A stretch of DNA of 62,329 nucleotides, filler included, from Sphacelaria rigidula (taxonomy: Eukaryota), in NCBI GenBank assembly GCA_964200075.2. It is 5 parts of 5 records of this genome, joined end to end, with 100 filler letters (N's around TTAATTAATTAA, not from the genome) between each part and the next. Parts side by side here need not be neighbours in the genome. Positions count along the whole stretch, not along the records: positions 12,488 to 24,873 come from CAXNAA020003831.1; positions 24,974 to 37,359 come from CAXNAA020003832.1; 3 more parts are not named here. One strand, 5' to 3'. The notes beneath the pieces were generated by a model, which was given only the letters and a program-made list of their open reading frames with translations, was not told the DNA's origin and did not search any database. Shown here in pieces: positions 13,380 to 26,340 of this stretch. The translations under genes and the position numbers were made by a program. Position 1 is the first letter of the stretch, and every line of letters starts with the position of its first letter.

Positions 13380-16300
13380 CTGTATAGCAGGAGCCGTACA
13401 TCTCAACCTTTGCCTCTTTCCATATCCCCGCCACAAGCTCTCGTACAAGTCCGATCACCTGTTGTGGAGCGAGGATCGGCAAGCATTGCAACAACGGCGC
13501 AATCAAGAACAAGAACGAAGTTAATTGCCACGCACGTGCTGCCACAACGTTAATTCATTATCCAGTAGATGAACAAATTTCGCACGACGATCAGTAATGA
13601 AGAGCCCGAGACATGAGCATGACGTCATATCACACATACTCTAAGGATGCACCCATCAATTTTCCGAAAAAAAAGCATTTGCCCGAGTGTATACCATAAT
13701 TCGAACCCCCCCCCCCTCGGAGAACATGTTGAAAAAACAAATCGAACAGCACGCTCCACCATTAAAGTGCGCTCTGTATTGCTACGCCTGACCAATCAGC
13801 ATCTTGCTTTCGACCCTAATCCCTCAGTTCATATCCCTGCACGCTCCGCACCTGACTCCAAGCACGCCGTCTTGGCCGCATGGCCTTTCCTAACTTTTGC
13901 ATAAACCCCTCCACGTTGCGGTCGAGGCACGACACCATGAGGTTATATTCGTACTCCATTCGTTCGGCCCTCCGATCTCCCATGGACATGTCACTGCCGT
14001 TGCTTTGCGATCGAAACCTTGCTGGTTGTGTTTGTGTTTGTGTTTGTTGTTGTTGCTGCTGCTGCTGATGCTGCTGTTGTTGTTGGTGCTGTTGCTGCAA
14101 TTCCGGAGTTGGCGGGGGCGGCGGGGGCGGCGGAGGTGGAGGCGCCGCCACATTACGTAGCGTATCAATTTGTTGTCTCCGCCGTTGTTGTTGCTGCTGC
14201 TGCTGCTGCTGCTGTACATGATCTTGTCGCGCGCCGTGTCGCGCTCCCCCGGCGCCGCCCCCGTGCGGCCCTTGCGAACCACGGTTGAACTTATCCTCGC
14301 GATGAGGGTACAGATGGTGCCTCCCGCCGACTTCTCCCGCGTCGCGACCACCTTGCCAGCCTCCACCTCCTCCGCCGCCGCCGGTAGGTCTGCCTCCAGA
14401 TCTCGTCCCGTAATGTGCTCCACCGCTCGAGGCAGTCGCGGCAGCGGCTAATGCCCACTCGTTGCTGGTGTGTGTGTAATGATGGCCGCCCCCCGTTCCT
14501 CCTCCTCCGCCGCCGCCGCCAGTACCCCCGCTCATCCCAGTGTACCTCGTGCTACCGCCCGCGCTGCTGCTTCGAGGCCTGTGTCCTCGCGAGGGGCTTG
14601 CGTGAATCTGCGATCGGGGTATACCCGTCACCACTGGCGCGTCCGCCGCCGCGGCGCCATTGCCACCAGCTCGGGTATCAACGCTTCCGCCTCCAGCCAT
14701 ACCCCCATTGTCATTACCGTAATGGCCGGGCGAGGACGGTATTCGTTGAACCGGGAGTGCCCTCGAGACACTTGGGGTTCCCCGCGGCTCTTCAGGTTCG
14801 CTTGACGTAAGTGCCGGCTGCGAAGCGGCAATCACGTGTACTGGTCTCGGCACGCGAGACCTGCTACCCCGGGGATCAGACCCTCCGGGGCCGCTGGTCT
14901 GATGGCTGCCACCTTGGGTTTGCCCCGAGCGCGCCCAACCCCTTCCCGAGTCACCTCCACTGCCCCCTCTCCGTCCGCCGAACCGCAATCCGCCTCCCGC
15001 TGCTCCTGGAGGGATATTCCCGCGTGACCATGATGCCGCGTTAGATCCTCGTTCCGCCGGTCCTCGGTCGGACCACGTCTTGCCCATATCACGTAACAGT
15101 GACCCTCGCCCCGTCCCCATCATCGCTGCCGCGTGCTCCCGCGACCCGGCTGTTGACGTTCGGGTTTGCAATGCAACTGGTGCAGCGTCGATATGTTCGC
15201 GCCTTCGGGTGCCGGCATTGTCTCTCACGGACTCGCGTTCAAGGGCAGTGAAAGACGAGGAGGGCGCAGGACACGCAGGCACCGACTCGGCAGCCGACGT
15301 GCCAGAGGCACAAGGAACAGCTGTAGCACGTGACGCGGTGGCATCAGCGGCGGATGGAGAGAGCGACACGACTGATGCCGCTTGATCGGCACTTTGGCTT
15401 GAAAGAGCGTCCGCCTCAGGCCCCGCATCATCGGTGACTACTGGGGTCGTCACCGGCTCCTGTTCAACCACTAGTTCATCATGGATTTCGTCGATTTCCG
15501 GTTCAACAACGGCAACCGGTGGCACGGTACCGGACTCCAGAACCGTCTTACTCGCTGCCACCGCCACGTTCACCTTTTGGCTGGTCTGCTCATCCTCCCA
15601 GCTGCCGGCCAGCAAACCGTCTGGGGTTTGGCGCTGGCACGCGGCCGCGAGGGCTTGCGCCCGGCCCTCAGACTCCGCTATCACCTCAGCGTATGATTTA
15701 GCCTTACTAGCCCTCGAGTGCGCCCGCCGCACGATAACGTCGCCGACGAGATCCAGCACCTCCACCATTACATCCCTCACCTCTCCTTGCTGGCCCGGGG
15801 ACGTAGAGACGTTTACCGCATCACTGCTCGCCGGCGGGCTAGGGCTACGGCGATCTTCGACACTGATCTCACCACTCTCAGAATCTCCGTCGGACGGTGA
15901 GGCTTGAGCACCTGATGAAAACCCCTTCGCTCCGCCACCCGACCCAGAAGATTGGCTCACATTCTCTGGGGGACCTCCCAAAGCTGCTCGCAGAACACTT
16001 GCGGTATTGCCCGTGGTCCACGCCATCGGCTTCGGGGTGACGGATGCAGCGGTGGGTGGTGTCTTGACTGCCGTTGTCACAGGGGCCGCGGCCGGCACCG
16101 GGGGATCCGCCCAGCTTCCGCCTTCGGGGGCAGTAACCGGCGACGCGGTCATGGTAGTTGCGGGTGAGGTTGCGGAGGTCGCCTTACCATCGACAGCCTT
16201 CAGTGACGGCGGCGGAGCAAGCTTACCTCCGGACGGACCACTTCCACTACCGGCAAGCAGTACCGTGGCGAACGACGGTGCTCCTGCTGTCTTTCCGCTG

Positions 16301-19300
16301 CCCCAAGCTGGTGTTGGGGCGCTCTCGGCAGCAGTAGGAGCGGCTACTACCTTCGTAGACCTGGCAGACTTGGACTTTGGCAAAGAGGACACTGCCGAGG
16401 AGCACTCGACTGAAGTCGAAGGGGTAGCGCCACGGACCATGTCTGCGAAAGAGGACGAACGAGGTCGACCCGTCTGCTGATGATCTTTTCGCCGGCTGGC
16501 CGGAGGGTGTCCGTTCTCCCGCACACTGTGGACGTCGGTATCGACGTTTCTATTGTTCCACTGCCCGCTGCTGCTGCCGCTGCTACCTTCCTCATCTTTG
16601 CATTCCCGCGAGCCGGCCCTTGGCCACCTCGCAGACCCTGTACGATCGGCGCCCTTGCTTCCACGCCTCTCACGTGAAGCCGACTTCGTCCAGGTCCCCC
16701 CGCCATCATCCGCTTGACGATCCCTCGAGGTGCTGCCCTTGCTCCACGCGCCACCCTCATCCCCCTTGCTGTCTTGCCGGAGTGGGCCCTTGGACCACGG
16801 TGCGCTACCGTCGTCCCGATCACGATCGTGCCGAGCTTCGTGCCTTCCCGAACCCGTCTTGCCGTTGTTGCCCCCACGGGAGGGGGTTCTATCTCCCCTA
16901 TCTCGGTAAGGCTCGCGATGTGAGTCGGAGAGGGACTCACGATGACCGCCCGTCACCTTCGGGTGACTGCTCCCGTCCTTACCTTTGCTGTTCTTGCCCG
17001 CCCGTCGAACTTCCTTCACCTCCTCCTTCGGCTCCTTTGACCTCCGTCGGGTTGTGGACACAACCCATCCATCGTCTCCATCAACATCCGCGATGATGCT
17101 TGGTGTCGCTGCGGCGCCGCGCTTCGCCGCCGCAGACAATGCCTGTGCTCGGCCATCGCTCCCTGCTCCCTTCTTCCCTCGCGCCGCATGCGCGCGTGAC
17201 GCACCGTCGCCTGGGACAAAACTCCTCTTAATCGCTGTATCGGTGTCCTCGCTGGCAAGCAGACTGTCGTCGGATTGTGCCGTCGACTCCTCTGCAACGG
17301 AGGGCGCCGTGGTTTCTGACGAAGCAGACTCGCCGACACAGCCATCTGCGGCCATAACAGCCGACCCGGCTGCCGCCAAGGCGGCGGCGTTTGCTGCTTT
17401 CTTGCGCTTGCGCTTCGCCTTCTTAGCCCTGGACTTGCTACTCGAGCTGCTTGTAGCGAGGAGGGTAGCAGGGACAACTTCGATGGATCCTTCCTCACTA
17501 GTGTCACTGACGACGGCGGTGGCCCTGCTCGGGTCTCCTGTCGATGATACGAAAGTTCTGCCGTCGCTACCATCACCGCTACTGCTAACGCGGGCGCATC
17601 GTGGGTGGCCGAGGCCGCTGCCGCATGCTTCAAGAGTTGGCATCGACTCCTGAGCTACTAGGTCGTCCGCTGATTGGTCCGCGCAAGCACTCTGTATGCG
17701 CTGCACTACTCGCCTCACCGCCGCACCATTATCCTGAAAAAAACGCGATGAGGTGGTAAACAACAACACGAGGGGTTTTCAGCGATGCATGCGTCAAACA
17801 TTTGAGGTGCTCTACACGCGAGCAGGTAGGGCGTGCCTCTAGCTTGACACTCGAGCAACCGTGACTAAAACACAAAAATTTCTTTTTCGAGGGTAGTCGT
17901 AAGCAGAAAATGGCCAGTATCACGGGAATCACCCAGAAGCAACATGTTCAACATATCGAACGTGACAATCAGCATATGTTCATGGGCAGGTCACGATACA
18001 GTACACCTTGTTTTTTCGTAGAACTATAGTCCGATCACAAGTTGAAAGTACAACTCTCAAGTACCCTAAAAATAACACTGCGAGTTCTCTCCCGTGGCAT
18101 ATGTCACAGAACGAGATGCCTCCCGGCACAATGCCAGTGCGGTAGCGACATATGTTGGCGATATTTCGTCCGCACGGGAAATCATCGGGGAGCGGTGAGT
18201 TCAGCGTGGCAAGCAGTGTACAAGAACAGGAAAGTACCATAGGGCAATCATAGTACTGTAACAACACTAGTTCATAATGTAGCCCGTTCTCTCGCTGGTA
18301 TACGCGTCGTTTTGGTTCTGCAGTGTGTTCGTGTGCGGGCTGGCCTGCTCACTGACTGGCCTATGTTGGGGATCGTGTTTGTTATTACCGCTAGATACCG
18401 AATCCAGCTGATTCGCCTCAGAATCATACTGGGTCAGTTACCATGTGCTTCAAACCGTCAGTTGATAACAAGTCAAATACAGGTGCATTACTTCAGTGAC
18501 ACGCTTTTTCTCGCTGATGTGTTCACAAATTGGTGCTTCTTGCTGATTACTTGAGCTTGGCTGGTACACTATCCATCGACGTGATTTGGTTCACCCTACG
18601 CGAAACAGGTGTGAAAAAAATAAATAATACGTACTATTCCCGTCTTCATTCACGGCTGCTAGCGAACTGCTTGCTCAAGGATTGAGTGAAAACGACGATG
18701 CTTGGGGGAGGGTAGACATCCAGCCAGACCAACTGCAAGTGCGCAAGAGCGTGTATCACATACTCTGCAGAAAATGATCTCACAACTACGCGTAGCAAAT
18801 ACGTGCGGCTGGTTTGCCATCACGAGCCGGTACGAAACACCAATCAAGTAGAACAACTGACGGCGCACATTCCTCAGTATGAGTGTGAGACAGACATTCT
18901 CCCCTGGATCAAAGAAGATACCCGAGCCACTACCGAGGACCTGGAGATGGTAAACAATCGCCAACCCTAACACCAACGGTCGGCACGACGCTCACCTTGA
19001 AACACAACGCGACAGGGGCAAGCACGAGATCGCCCAATATATCCTCGCACTCCCGGTCTTCGCCACCCGACCCACTTCCCGCTGCAGCTATCCCTTCCCT
19101 TTCTGCCCCCGGTAGCCCTTCCAACATACGCAACCTGTGCCTCAGCGGTAGCCTACGCCAGCATCCAGCGAGCTTGCATCTCTCTTCTGGTACTGTAGCT
19201 AACGCGCTGATACTAGGCACGGACATGCTGACGCTAGGCACCGCATTAAGGCTGCTCAACAAGAAACAAAAAATGACAAAAACGCACAGGGTCTGTGCTT

Positions 19301-22300
19301 GGTACTGTCATGATGTGCTTTTATGCTACGCAAGCGAGGTAGCCGAGGAACACGAGTATGGGTTCACGCAGTTTATACAGAGAGAGGGACGCACGGTGAC
19401 AGGAGACGCGCAGCGTGTCACCAACACGTCTCCCGAATAAGCTGGCAAAAGCACAGCCACGCAAGGACAACAGCGAAAAAAGACAAGACCAAACATAAAC
19501 ACGTACACACAACCGCGCACGCGCACATAAGAGCATAGGCCTCGGCTCCTTATTTGGCAACGGCGAGGGCGGATTTGAACTCAGAGACAGCACGTGAGGT
19601 AGATGAGAAACCCCGCTTCAGCTTACATAGCGGGATATCTTATGACTCTGCAGCGAATATTTTCCAAAAAGTTTTTGCTTGCCGACCGGTGAGCACGCCT
19701 CCCGTCTAACCGAGGACTAATAGCTGTCAACATGCTACGTTTTACGCGCAGCGTTGCTCGTGCTATACAGTCGCGACCTTTACCACATGTGTGTAGACGA
19801 GTATCGCAGTAACACTAGTACACTAAAAACGAGTGATGTGTCTCAAGAATCCCTGACGGAGAGGATATTGAAATCCTCGTTAGCCCGACTGTACGACATG
19901 AACGCCTTTTGTCCGGATTGGTCCATGTACGTGTCATGAGCGTACACAATTGCGGAATGTAGTCAACTTTTGGTCCTCGAAATAATATTTCGTCATTTCC
20001 AGCATGAGAAGCACGATCGAGCTTTCATCAGGCTGGATTTGTACGAGAGGGGTAACTCTAGGCCCGGTAAGGCTAAGGGCCTCTTCACAAACCAAGCAAG
20101 AAAGTGACAACACGCAGTGAGAGTGAGTCTGGCGTTTTTCGTAACTTTTGTTTTTCTTGTCGTTCCAATTGGTCTCCGATCAATCTCCACCAATCGCAAG
20201 GACAAAACAAAACAAAATCACCAAAACCGACAGAATCACTCTCATTCTCACGGCGCATTCTCCCTCTTCTTGTCTCGTTAAAACGGGCCTGAAGTGGTTT
20301 GACGTCACCGGAACATCCTCGTAAAATATCTCTCCTTGTCTTTCTTCCCCCTGAATTGTATTTCATACGCGAAGTCTCTCTACCCTTGGCGCGAGGCCTT
20401 GTGGCCCATTATGTCGTTTGCCATCAACAGAGCGGCATTTCCCCATCCGGTTTCAAGCAAATTCGGTTCGGTGATATCTCTACCTCAAGCGAAGCCGCTT
20501 CACGTATCAGTTGAGCACAAAGACCGAGTTGGCTCCGTCATTCGAAACATGAACATTTTCCGGGATCTTTACACAAGTGTCCATATGCAAATGTGAAAAT
20601 TGGCCAAATACGCCAATCAGATGATGAGATCAACGCCGTATGGCAACATGTAACACACCTCGCAGTCCCGGTGGACATGCCTCTCCCAGACCTCCAGTAG
20701 CTCGCCCACAAGCTAACATGCAGCCTGTTTACCAGCAAATCAACAAGCGTAATCTTGGGATATTTCGCTACCAACCACCCCATCTCCATGAGCGGATCCG
20801 AAAGCGGTTGCTCAGCCGCCCGGCGTGCAGCCCCCGCCGACAAAGCCTGCACCCAACATCCCGAGTCATTCCGCCGCTCAGCGCAACTTTCATCTGCGCT
20901 GCTTCCCTCTCCCCCTCCCCCAGCGACGAATTTACTGCTACCACGTGCCGATATCAACTCGAGCGCCTTGAGCAGCTGTTTTGGTCGCGACAGCTCCCCC
21001 TCGCTCAAGGTTAGCGCTCCAGGTGCCGTGCCTTCATCGCCGCATCCTACCCCAACGCTACACAGTCGCACAGCCTCCTGCAAGCGCTCCCCCACCTGAA
21101 ATGTCGTTCGCACCTCCACCAGCCCCCCTGCATTGCGAACCCTGCCGGCAACCTCGCCCTTCCCGCACCCGGAACTGTCACTTCGTATTCGTACGGCGCC
21201 GGTATCATTGTCTCCCGCTGTTTCACCCTGCGGCGTTGGCGGTCTTGCGGGTAACCCCTCACCGCTCTCCACGGCTACCACGTCAAAATCTTCTCGAACT
21301 AGACACTCGTCGGGCACAACAACGCTTGAGCCGCCCACCGTATGGACCCCGCTCGCCGCCCAGGTTGCTTCTGCGCCGGTGCTCGTCCCGGCAGGCACAA
21401 ACGACGGCGGTGGTCGGCGCTCTGAGGATGATGGAGAGCCGTCGACGAGAGAGGGTCCATAGATTTTCCCTGGGATCGCGACAGGACTGCACGGGGCGTC
21501 GGCAGGCGCGGAGGCGGCTGTGCCCACGCGATTTCTCTCGTTTCGTTGAAGCTTGTCGTATATTTTTCTCACCTGAAAGTCGTTTGATTTATCATGGACG
21601 GTGTAGGGCATGCATGTCAGAGGGAAGGACGGGGGGCGAGGAGAAGAAAGAAGGCGGGTTGTAGTTGTTGGACGCGAAAGTCGGCGCTGACCGTGGCTAC
21701 TGCTGTCTAGTCTGCGGGTATCGACATGAAGAACTGGCTTGAAGGATGATCGATTCCAACAAACGGTAGTTGAACATACACGTACGCAGAATTCCATACA
21801 ATATCTTGTTTTGAAGGTTTTGACAGGATTCATCGGTTATGCGACTGGATGGGGTCAAGGAGAGGCAAGCTTGACTGCTGATGGGGTGCTGCAAGAGGAA
21901 AGAAGACGAGGAAATCTGAAGTAACCACAATATGATCAAAGCCGGGTCAAGACATGGAGTACAGTTAAACTGAGACCAACACGATCAATTGTCCGGGTAG
22001 CAGGTCTGCTATTTTGTTGGGCTTGTGAGGGAGTTCAACATGCTAAAAAAAGAACTCGTGACATGCCCGAAAAAAAGGCTGTAAAGAGTTACTCTACTTC
22101 AGTGGCGAATCAACATGGGCACCATTCGAAAGTGTCCCCCGGGCCCACAGAGCTCTGGACCGTCCAATACATACCATCAAGATGGCTGTAAATAGGACCG
22201 GCCGACAACGTACTGGAGACCCGCGCGCGAAGCGGGTCTGATGGGTTAGGAAGGGTGGGGTGCGCTTGCATGCCGCGACAACAAGAGGTCTACACTTGGT

Positions 22301-23530
22301 TTGAAGATAAAAGGAGGGGGCTTGCCTTGTCTCTGTCCCATGTGGGGGGTTGTCCGCCCTGGCGCCTCCAAGACTTATGCCTGCGGTAAAGAACATTGAA
22401 CAGTCGGATCCACACAGCATCCTCCACGGCTATGGCCTGCACAACGGCCGACGAGAGGGAAAATACAGCAAGCAGCGTCCGTGTTGCGGGAAAAGGGGTC
22501 AGGGAGGTTAGGCTCTCGCTTGAACTCTGATCCTCCTACAAAACGGGCCTGTAACGCACCTCTCCTGTCACCAAAACTGGACGACCACAACAGCGACAGT
22601 ACACTAAACACTGAGATACTGTATGGGGAGAGCAACACGACATGGAGGATATTCTGAACCTCCCGCTGTACTGTGAGTGTGTGTGTGTGTGCATTTCGAG
22701 TCGCCTCAACAACTTCAAACAAGGAAACACCCTGTTCGAGGATCAAAAACAATAATACATACCACAAGCGAAGCACTCGCAGGTCCATACTCTTCATCAC
22801 GATACCAGGGAGTAACAACTTTCCCACAGAATACGCGTCCCACCACCGCAACTACAGTAGCACCGCAGTAGACACGCATTTGACGCACGACCGCTAGCAG
22901 CCCAAATTCACCACATCCCTGCGCGACGTCCCAAGTCACATTCTCAGGCGCGCGCGCACCCCCCCCCCCCCCCCCCCCCCCCCCCCGCACAAACCACACC
23001 AAACAAAAACAAAAACACACCACAAAACCCCCACCCCCCCACTCGGCAACAACCCCNNNNNNNNNNCCCAACCTCACCACCCCCCTGCGCCACCCCCCAA
23101 TACCCATTCTCCGGCGCGCGCGCACCCCCCCCCCCCCCGCGTCTTCGCCGCAAAAATATCTAGCTAATGAAAAACACAATCTCCAGAAGAACGCCATCTC
23201 TCCAGTGGGGAACACGTCCCCAGCATCACGGCGATATAGACGCAAAACTCACGCGTGACTCATAATCCCTCCCTGAACCCAAACGCCGCCCGGTGCTCAA
23301 CACGAACTTCTCCTCTTGAATTTCATACCCACTTTTCGCCCAATTTGCAACCCCGAATGAATTAGGACGCTCTATGACTTGACATCCCTGGGGCTCACCT
23401 TAATACGCTCCTGCGTAGAAAGCTGGCAGAACCATGCGCACAAGTCTTCGGCCACATTTTCTCTTTTCCACTCTTCCACCCCATGATCCGAGCTCTGATC
23501 ATCACCGCTACCCATGGACATCGTTTTCAT
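13380..23530 (-). CDS. Large non-canonical poly(A) polymerase / terminal nucleotidyltransferase (Pol-beta superfamily, plant MEE44-like); 3'-partial
   Basis: Minus-strand exons 23399-23530, 22326-22436, 20659-21572, 18996-19251, 13852-17733 and 13380-13458 have consistent phases (0,0,2,0,0) and give about 1790 aa. The N-terminal 'WFCQLSTQERIKAIAVED' and 'MEMGWLVAKY..LVDLLVNRLHVSLWASYW' resemble conserved MEE44-family blocks (recalled). The last exons give 'LDRNVEGFMQKL..RRRAWSQ-VIGLVRELVAGIWKEAKVEMYGSCYTG', the helix plus GS motif that begins a Trf4/Cid1-type NTase domain. The DxD exon was not found before the contig end. The start codon is tentative. Confidence 0.8.
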
Positions 23531-24329
23531 CGATGTCCTTGTCTGTAAACACCCGACACCAGGACACACTTCACTCGAGGACGAGGTCGCAATGTAGCAA
23601 TGAGTACGCCTCCACTGGGGGCTAGGGGACGGCTAAATTCTATTTGCATTTTCCGAGAATTCTTACAAAGACTTTGTTTTTGAAACCGGAAAGCTGAAGG
23701 TTGGATGTTGCTCAATTTGGAACGACGAAAGTACTGGTGTGGGTTGTGTGTGTAATAGCTGCGTCAGGTCCGATGACCGACATGGCAGGAGACTCTATGA
23801 GTTTGACTGAGACCAAAGGCTCAACATCGTCCGCAAAATTTTCTCAACAAGCTTGGGAAGAGGAGGTATGCGGTGTTGTCTATCCACCCACCACGAATCT
23901 AGTTCATGTTCAAGTCTACACATTTTCAAATCTGGCGATAATATAGTGAAATCAGTATACTTTTCTCGAGGGTAGTCCAGAAAGTGTAGCACTGTACTAC
24001 AGTATGGGGGGTTCGGTACGCTGCTCGCCGCCATCGCAATGTGGTGTGGGCTTGGTAGTGCTATGAGAGATATATGTCCGCAGCAACATAGATGCACTTG
24101 TGCCACGTGTGCCTCTGCCGACCGTCATTTTTTCTGCCTTCGCAAACATTGTTCCATCGGGGTAGATGGGGAGGTCAGTAGATGGGTTGATAGGTCGGCC
24201 AGCGACGAAGCATGGGTATGCATGTTCGGTCATCCGAATGTAACTTCATGAAATTTTGAAATCTCGATTACTGTACAGTACTGTACGAGTATATACTGGT
24301 GAATAAGCTGTTCAAGAACCCTCGAACCT

Positions 24330-24790
24330 TGTTCATGCATAGTTTGTTCCCCATCGTTCGTGCATTTGTGGACTGTCTTCGTGTTCCCGGCTGGATATCC
24401 CGTGTCGCTGTGCTGCAGGATGACCACGCCATGCCCGAGGTGTTATATGGCTTTGCAGACCTCATGATTGTTGGGTGCCGTTATTACAGGTGAGAGTACA
24501 AGTGCAAGATACTGCCGGTACTGGTGCACTGCACTGATTGTACATGGCCACACATTGCAGCATCGATGTTCTAGGTCCAGTGCGGTTGGCCTGATCTTCG
24601 TGACACGCCGTTCTGCCGAAACATCGCACCGAGGAACACAAAATAACTCTACGAGCTGGGCCAGCCCAGAAACGGATTCAACCTGGCAGAGCAATATCTC
24701 ATCACCGGAAACGAATTGGGCCGTGATCCCCATATCGTATTTATCGTTCAAGGGGAAGGTGCCCATAAACTACTCAAAAGTTTGGGCCCA
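24330..24790 (-). pseudogene. Possible Ty1/copia reverse transcriptase relic
   Basis: The translation FPLNDKYDMG...LAQLVELF...HGVVILQHSDTGYPAG loosely follows the copia RT/RNaseH junction (F..NDLG..YMG..SQ..L.ERF..YSDADYAG). Highly degraded. Confidence 0.3.
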
Positions 24791-24873
24791 TATTTTCTCG
24801 GTGATTAAACCCCATGTCTAGTAATTCCTATACCTAAGGGAGATAGCGCCGACACTAAAATCTCTATGAAACT

Positions 24874-24973
24874 NNNNNNNNNNNNNNNNNNNNNNNNNNN
24901 NNNNNNNNNNNNNNNNNTTAATTAATTAANNNNNNNNNNNNNNNNNNNNNNNNNNNNNNNNNNNNNNNNNNNN
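24874..24973. other. Artificial contig linker N44-TTAATTAATTAA-N44
   Basis: Same 100-nt spacer as at 12388-12487. Confidence 0.98.
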
Positions 24974-25482
24974 GCGCAAAAAACAAAGTCGGTAACCTGG
25001 TTGCCAAGCTTACGCAGTGAGTGGCGTATTTTATAGCGTCATCGCCAACCGACGCCAACCCCATCGGGAGTCCGCCCCTACAAAGCCGGGACGGAGCATG
25101 CCGGGTTCTCGTCGGACCAGGCTGATAGGTTGTACTCATGATCATGCATGCCATAGTCGTAAGACCATTGACCTCGCATCCCTACAATGCCGGGTTTTCA
25201 CTGGACCAGCCTTGCCAGGCTGGTAGGGGGGGCGGGAGTGAAGGGGAAGAAAAAAAAAGGAAAATAAAACACAAATAACCGCGCCGGGTGAACTTCATAA
25301 ATACGATGGCGAAACAATAAAAGGAAAAAGGGGAAAAAAGGAAGCAACGGACAAGATTCAATAAATGCCCAGCCCCTGCAGTGTGGGTTCAGGCAAGAAA
25401 CGCCTTGCGAAAGGACGAGGAGAATGCCATGGGGAATATTTGGGGTCCGCAACATTTGGGGATGAGCTGATACCCACGGGCT

Positions 25483-26340
25483 CTACACACACACACCCTC
25501 AGTATACCTCAGTGTGAATATTAAGATATACTGGTATTGACGTATAAAAAATGAGTGGATAAGAAAGAAAAAAAGAGAAGAACAAAAAGAGGAACGACAC
25601 GAAACATGTAAACAAAACAGAATATGTGCACGAACACAGCGAGGATCCTCTTTATGGTTAACAGCCAAGGAAAGAGGTTAGTACCCGAAACTATAACAAA
25701 GGTGTCGTGTTAACCCCGCCTCTCCCACTCATCCCTCGTCGAGTACAGCGCGAATCACCCTCTCGACCATTTCCATCCCGGAATCCTCGCTGTCGACTTT
25801 TCTTTTGGTGGCTCTTAGCGCAACAGTCTCTTCCTTGTGACGTAGGTCTGATAGGCTGCAGCTTTCACCCCGCCGCGCCTCCTCGTACTCCTCTGCCCAT
25901 TCCTCGACCCCCAGTTGCCATTTGCCCACGTTCTTCGAGGTAGTGACCCAGTGTCGTGAATATTTGACCTCCATACTGTAGGCGACCCTTTCCCGCGTTC
26001 TGTGTTACATGGGACAGCTCCTAGCGCACACAGGATCTCCTGGAGGACGTCCCCTCGGTGTTTCGAAGGCCGGACAGCCTCCTCAGGCCCTTGCATGACC
26101 AACCGTTTGAACATGGTGCGCTTCGCGAACAAGCCTCCTCCCCCCCCCCCCCCCCCCCCCCCCGCGGACCAGAGTTGATGCGCGTGGATGGTCATCTCGT
26201 TACGCTGACAGTTGGTTATCTCGAGCACCGCTCTGTGTGAAAGAAGCTTGTGTCCGGAGCGATTCTTCCTGCGGAAGCTCGTGGTGGGTCGTCCGGAGAC
26301 ATTCGAAGTCCTCGGGGGCGCAGCGTCCATGTAGCACATC
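25483..26340 (-). mobile_element. 5'-truncated, frameshifted RTE-like LINE remnant with 3' UTR and (GT)n tail
   Basis: Broken frames read LRTTHH..RKNRSGHKLLSHRAVLEITNC..KRTMFKRLVMQGP..RPSKHRGDVLQE..WVTTSKNVGKWQLGVEE, resembling the C-terminus of RTE-clade ORF2 (recalled). A T-rich UTR and gtgtgtgtgt follow. Confidence 0.6.

Noticed and set aside
11978..13380. Convergent WDR55 plus RNA nucleotidyltransferase as an RNA-processing gene cluster
   Set aside because: The genes are on different contigs separated by an artificial linker, so the adjacency is meaningless.
13880..17653. Many overlapping + strand and alternate-frame ORFs
   Set aside because: They are shadows of the GC-rich 3.9-kb coding exon on the minus strand.
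19993..20205. ORF as an extra exon of the nucleotidyltransferase gene
   Set aside because: It has no usable donor before the stop, and the flanking exons already join in phase.
22940..23145. Poly-C/CA-rich tract with duplicated ggcgcgcgcgcacccc and an internal N gap (possible G-quadruplex)
   Set aside because: It looks like low-quality sequence after a homopolymer, duplicated around a scaffold gap.
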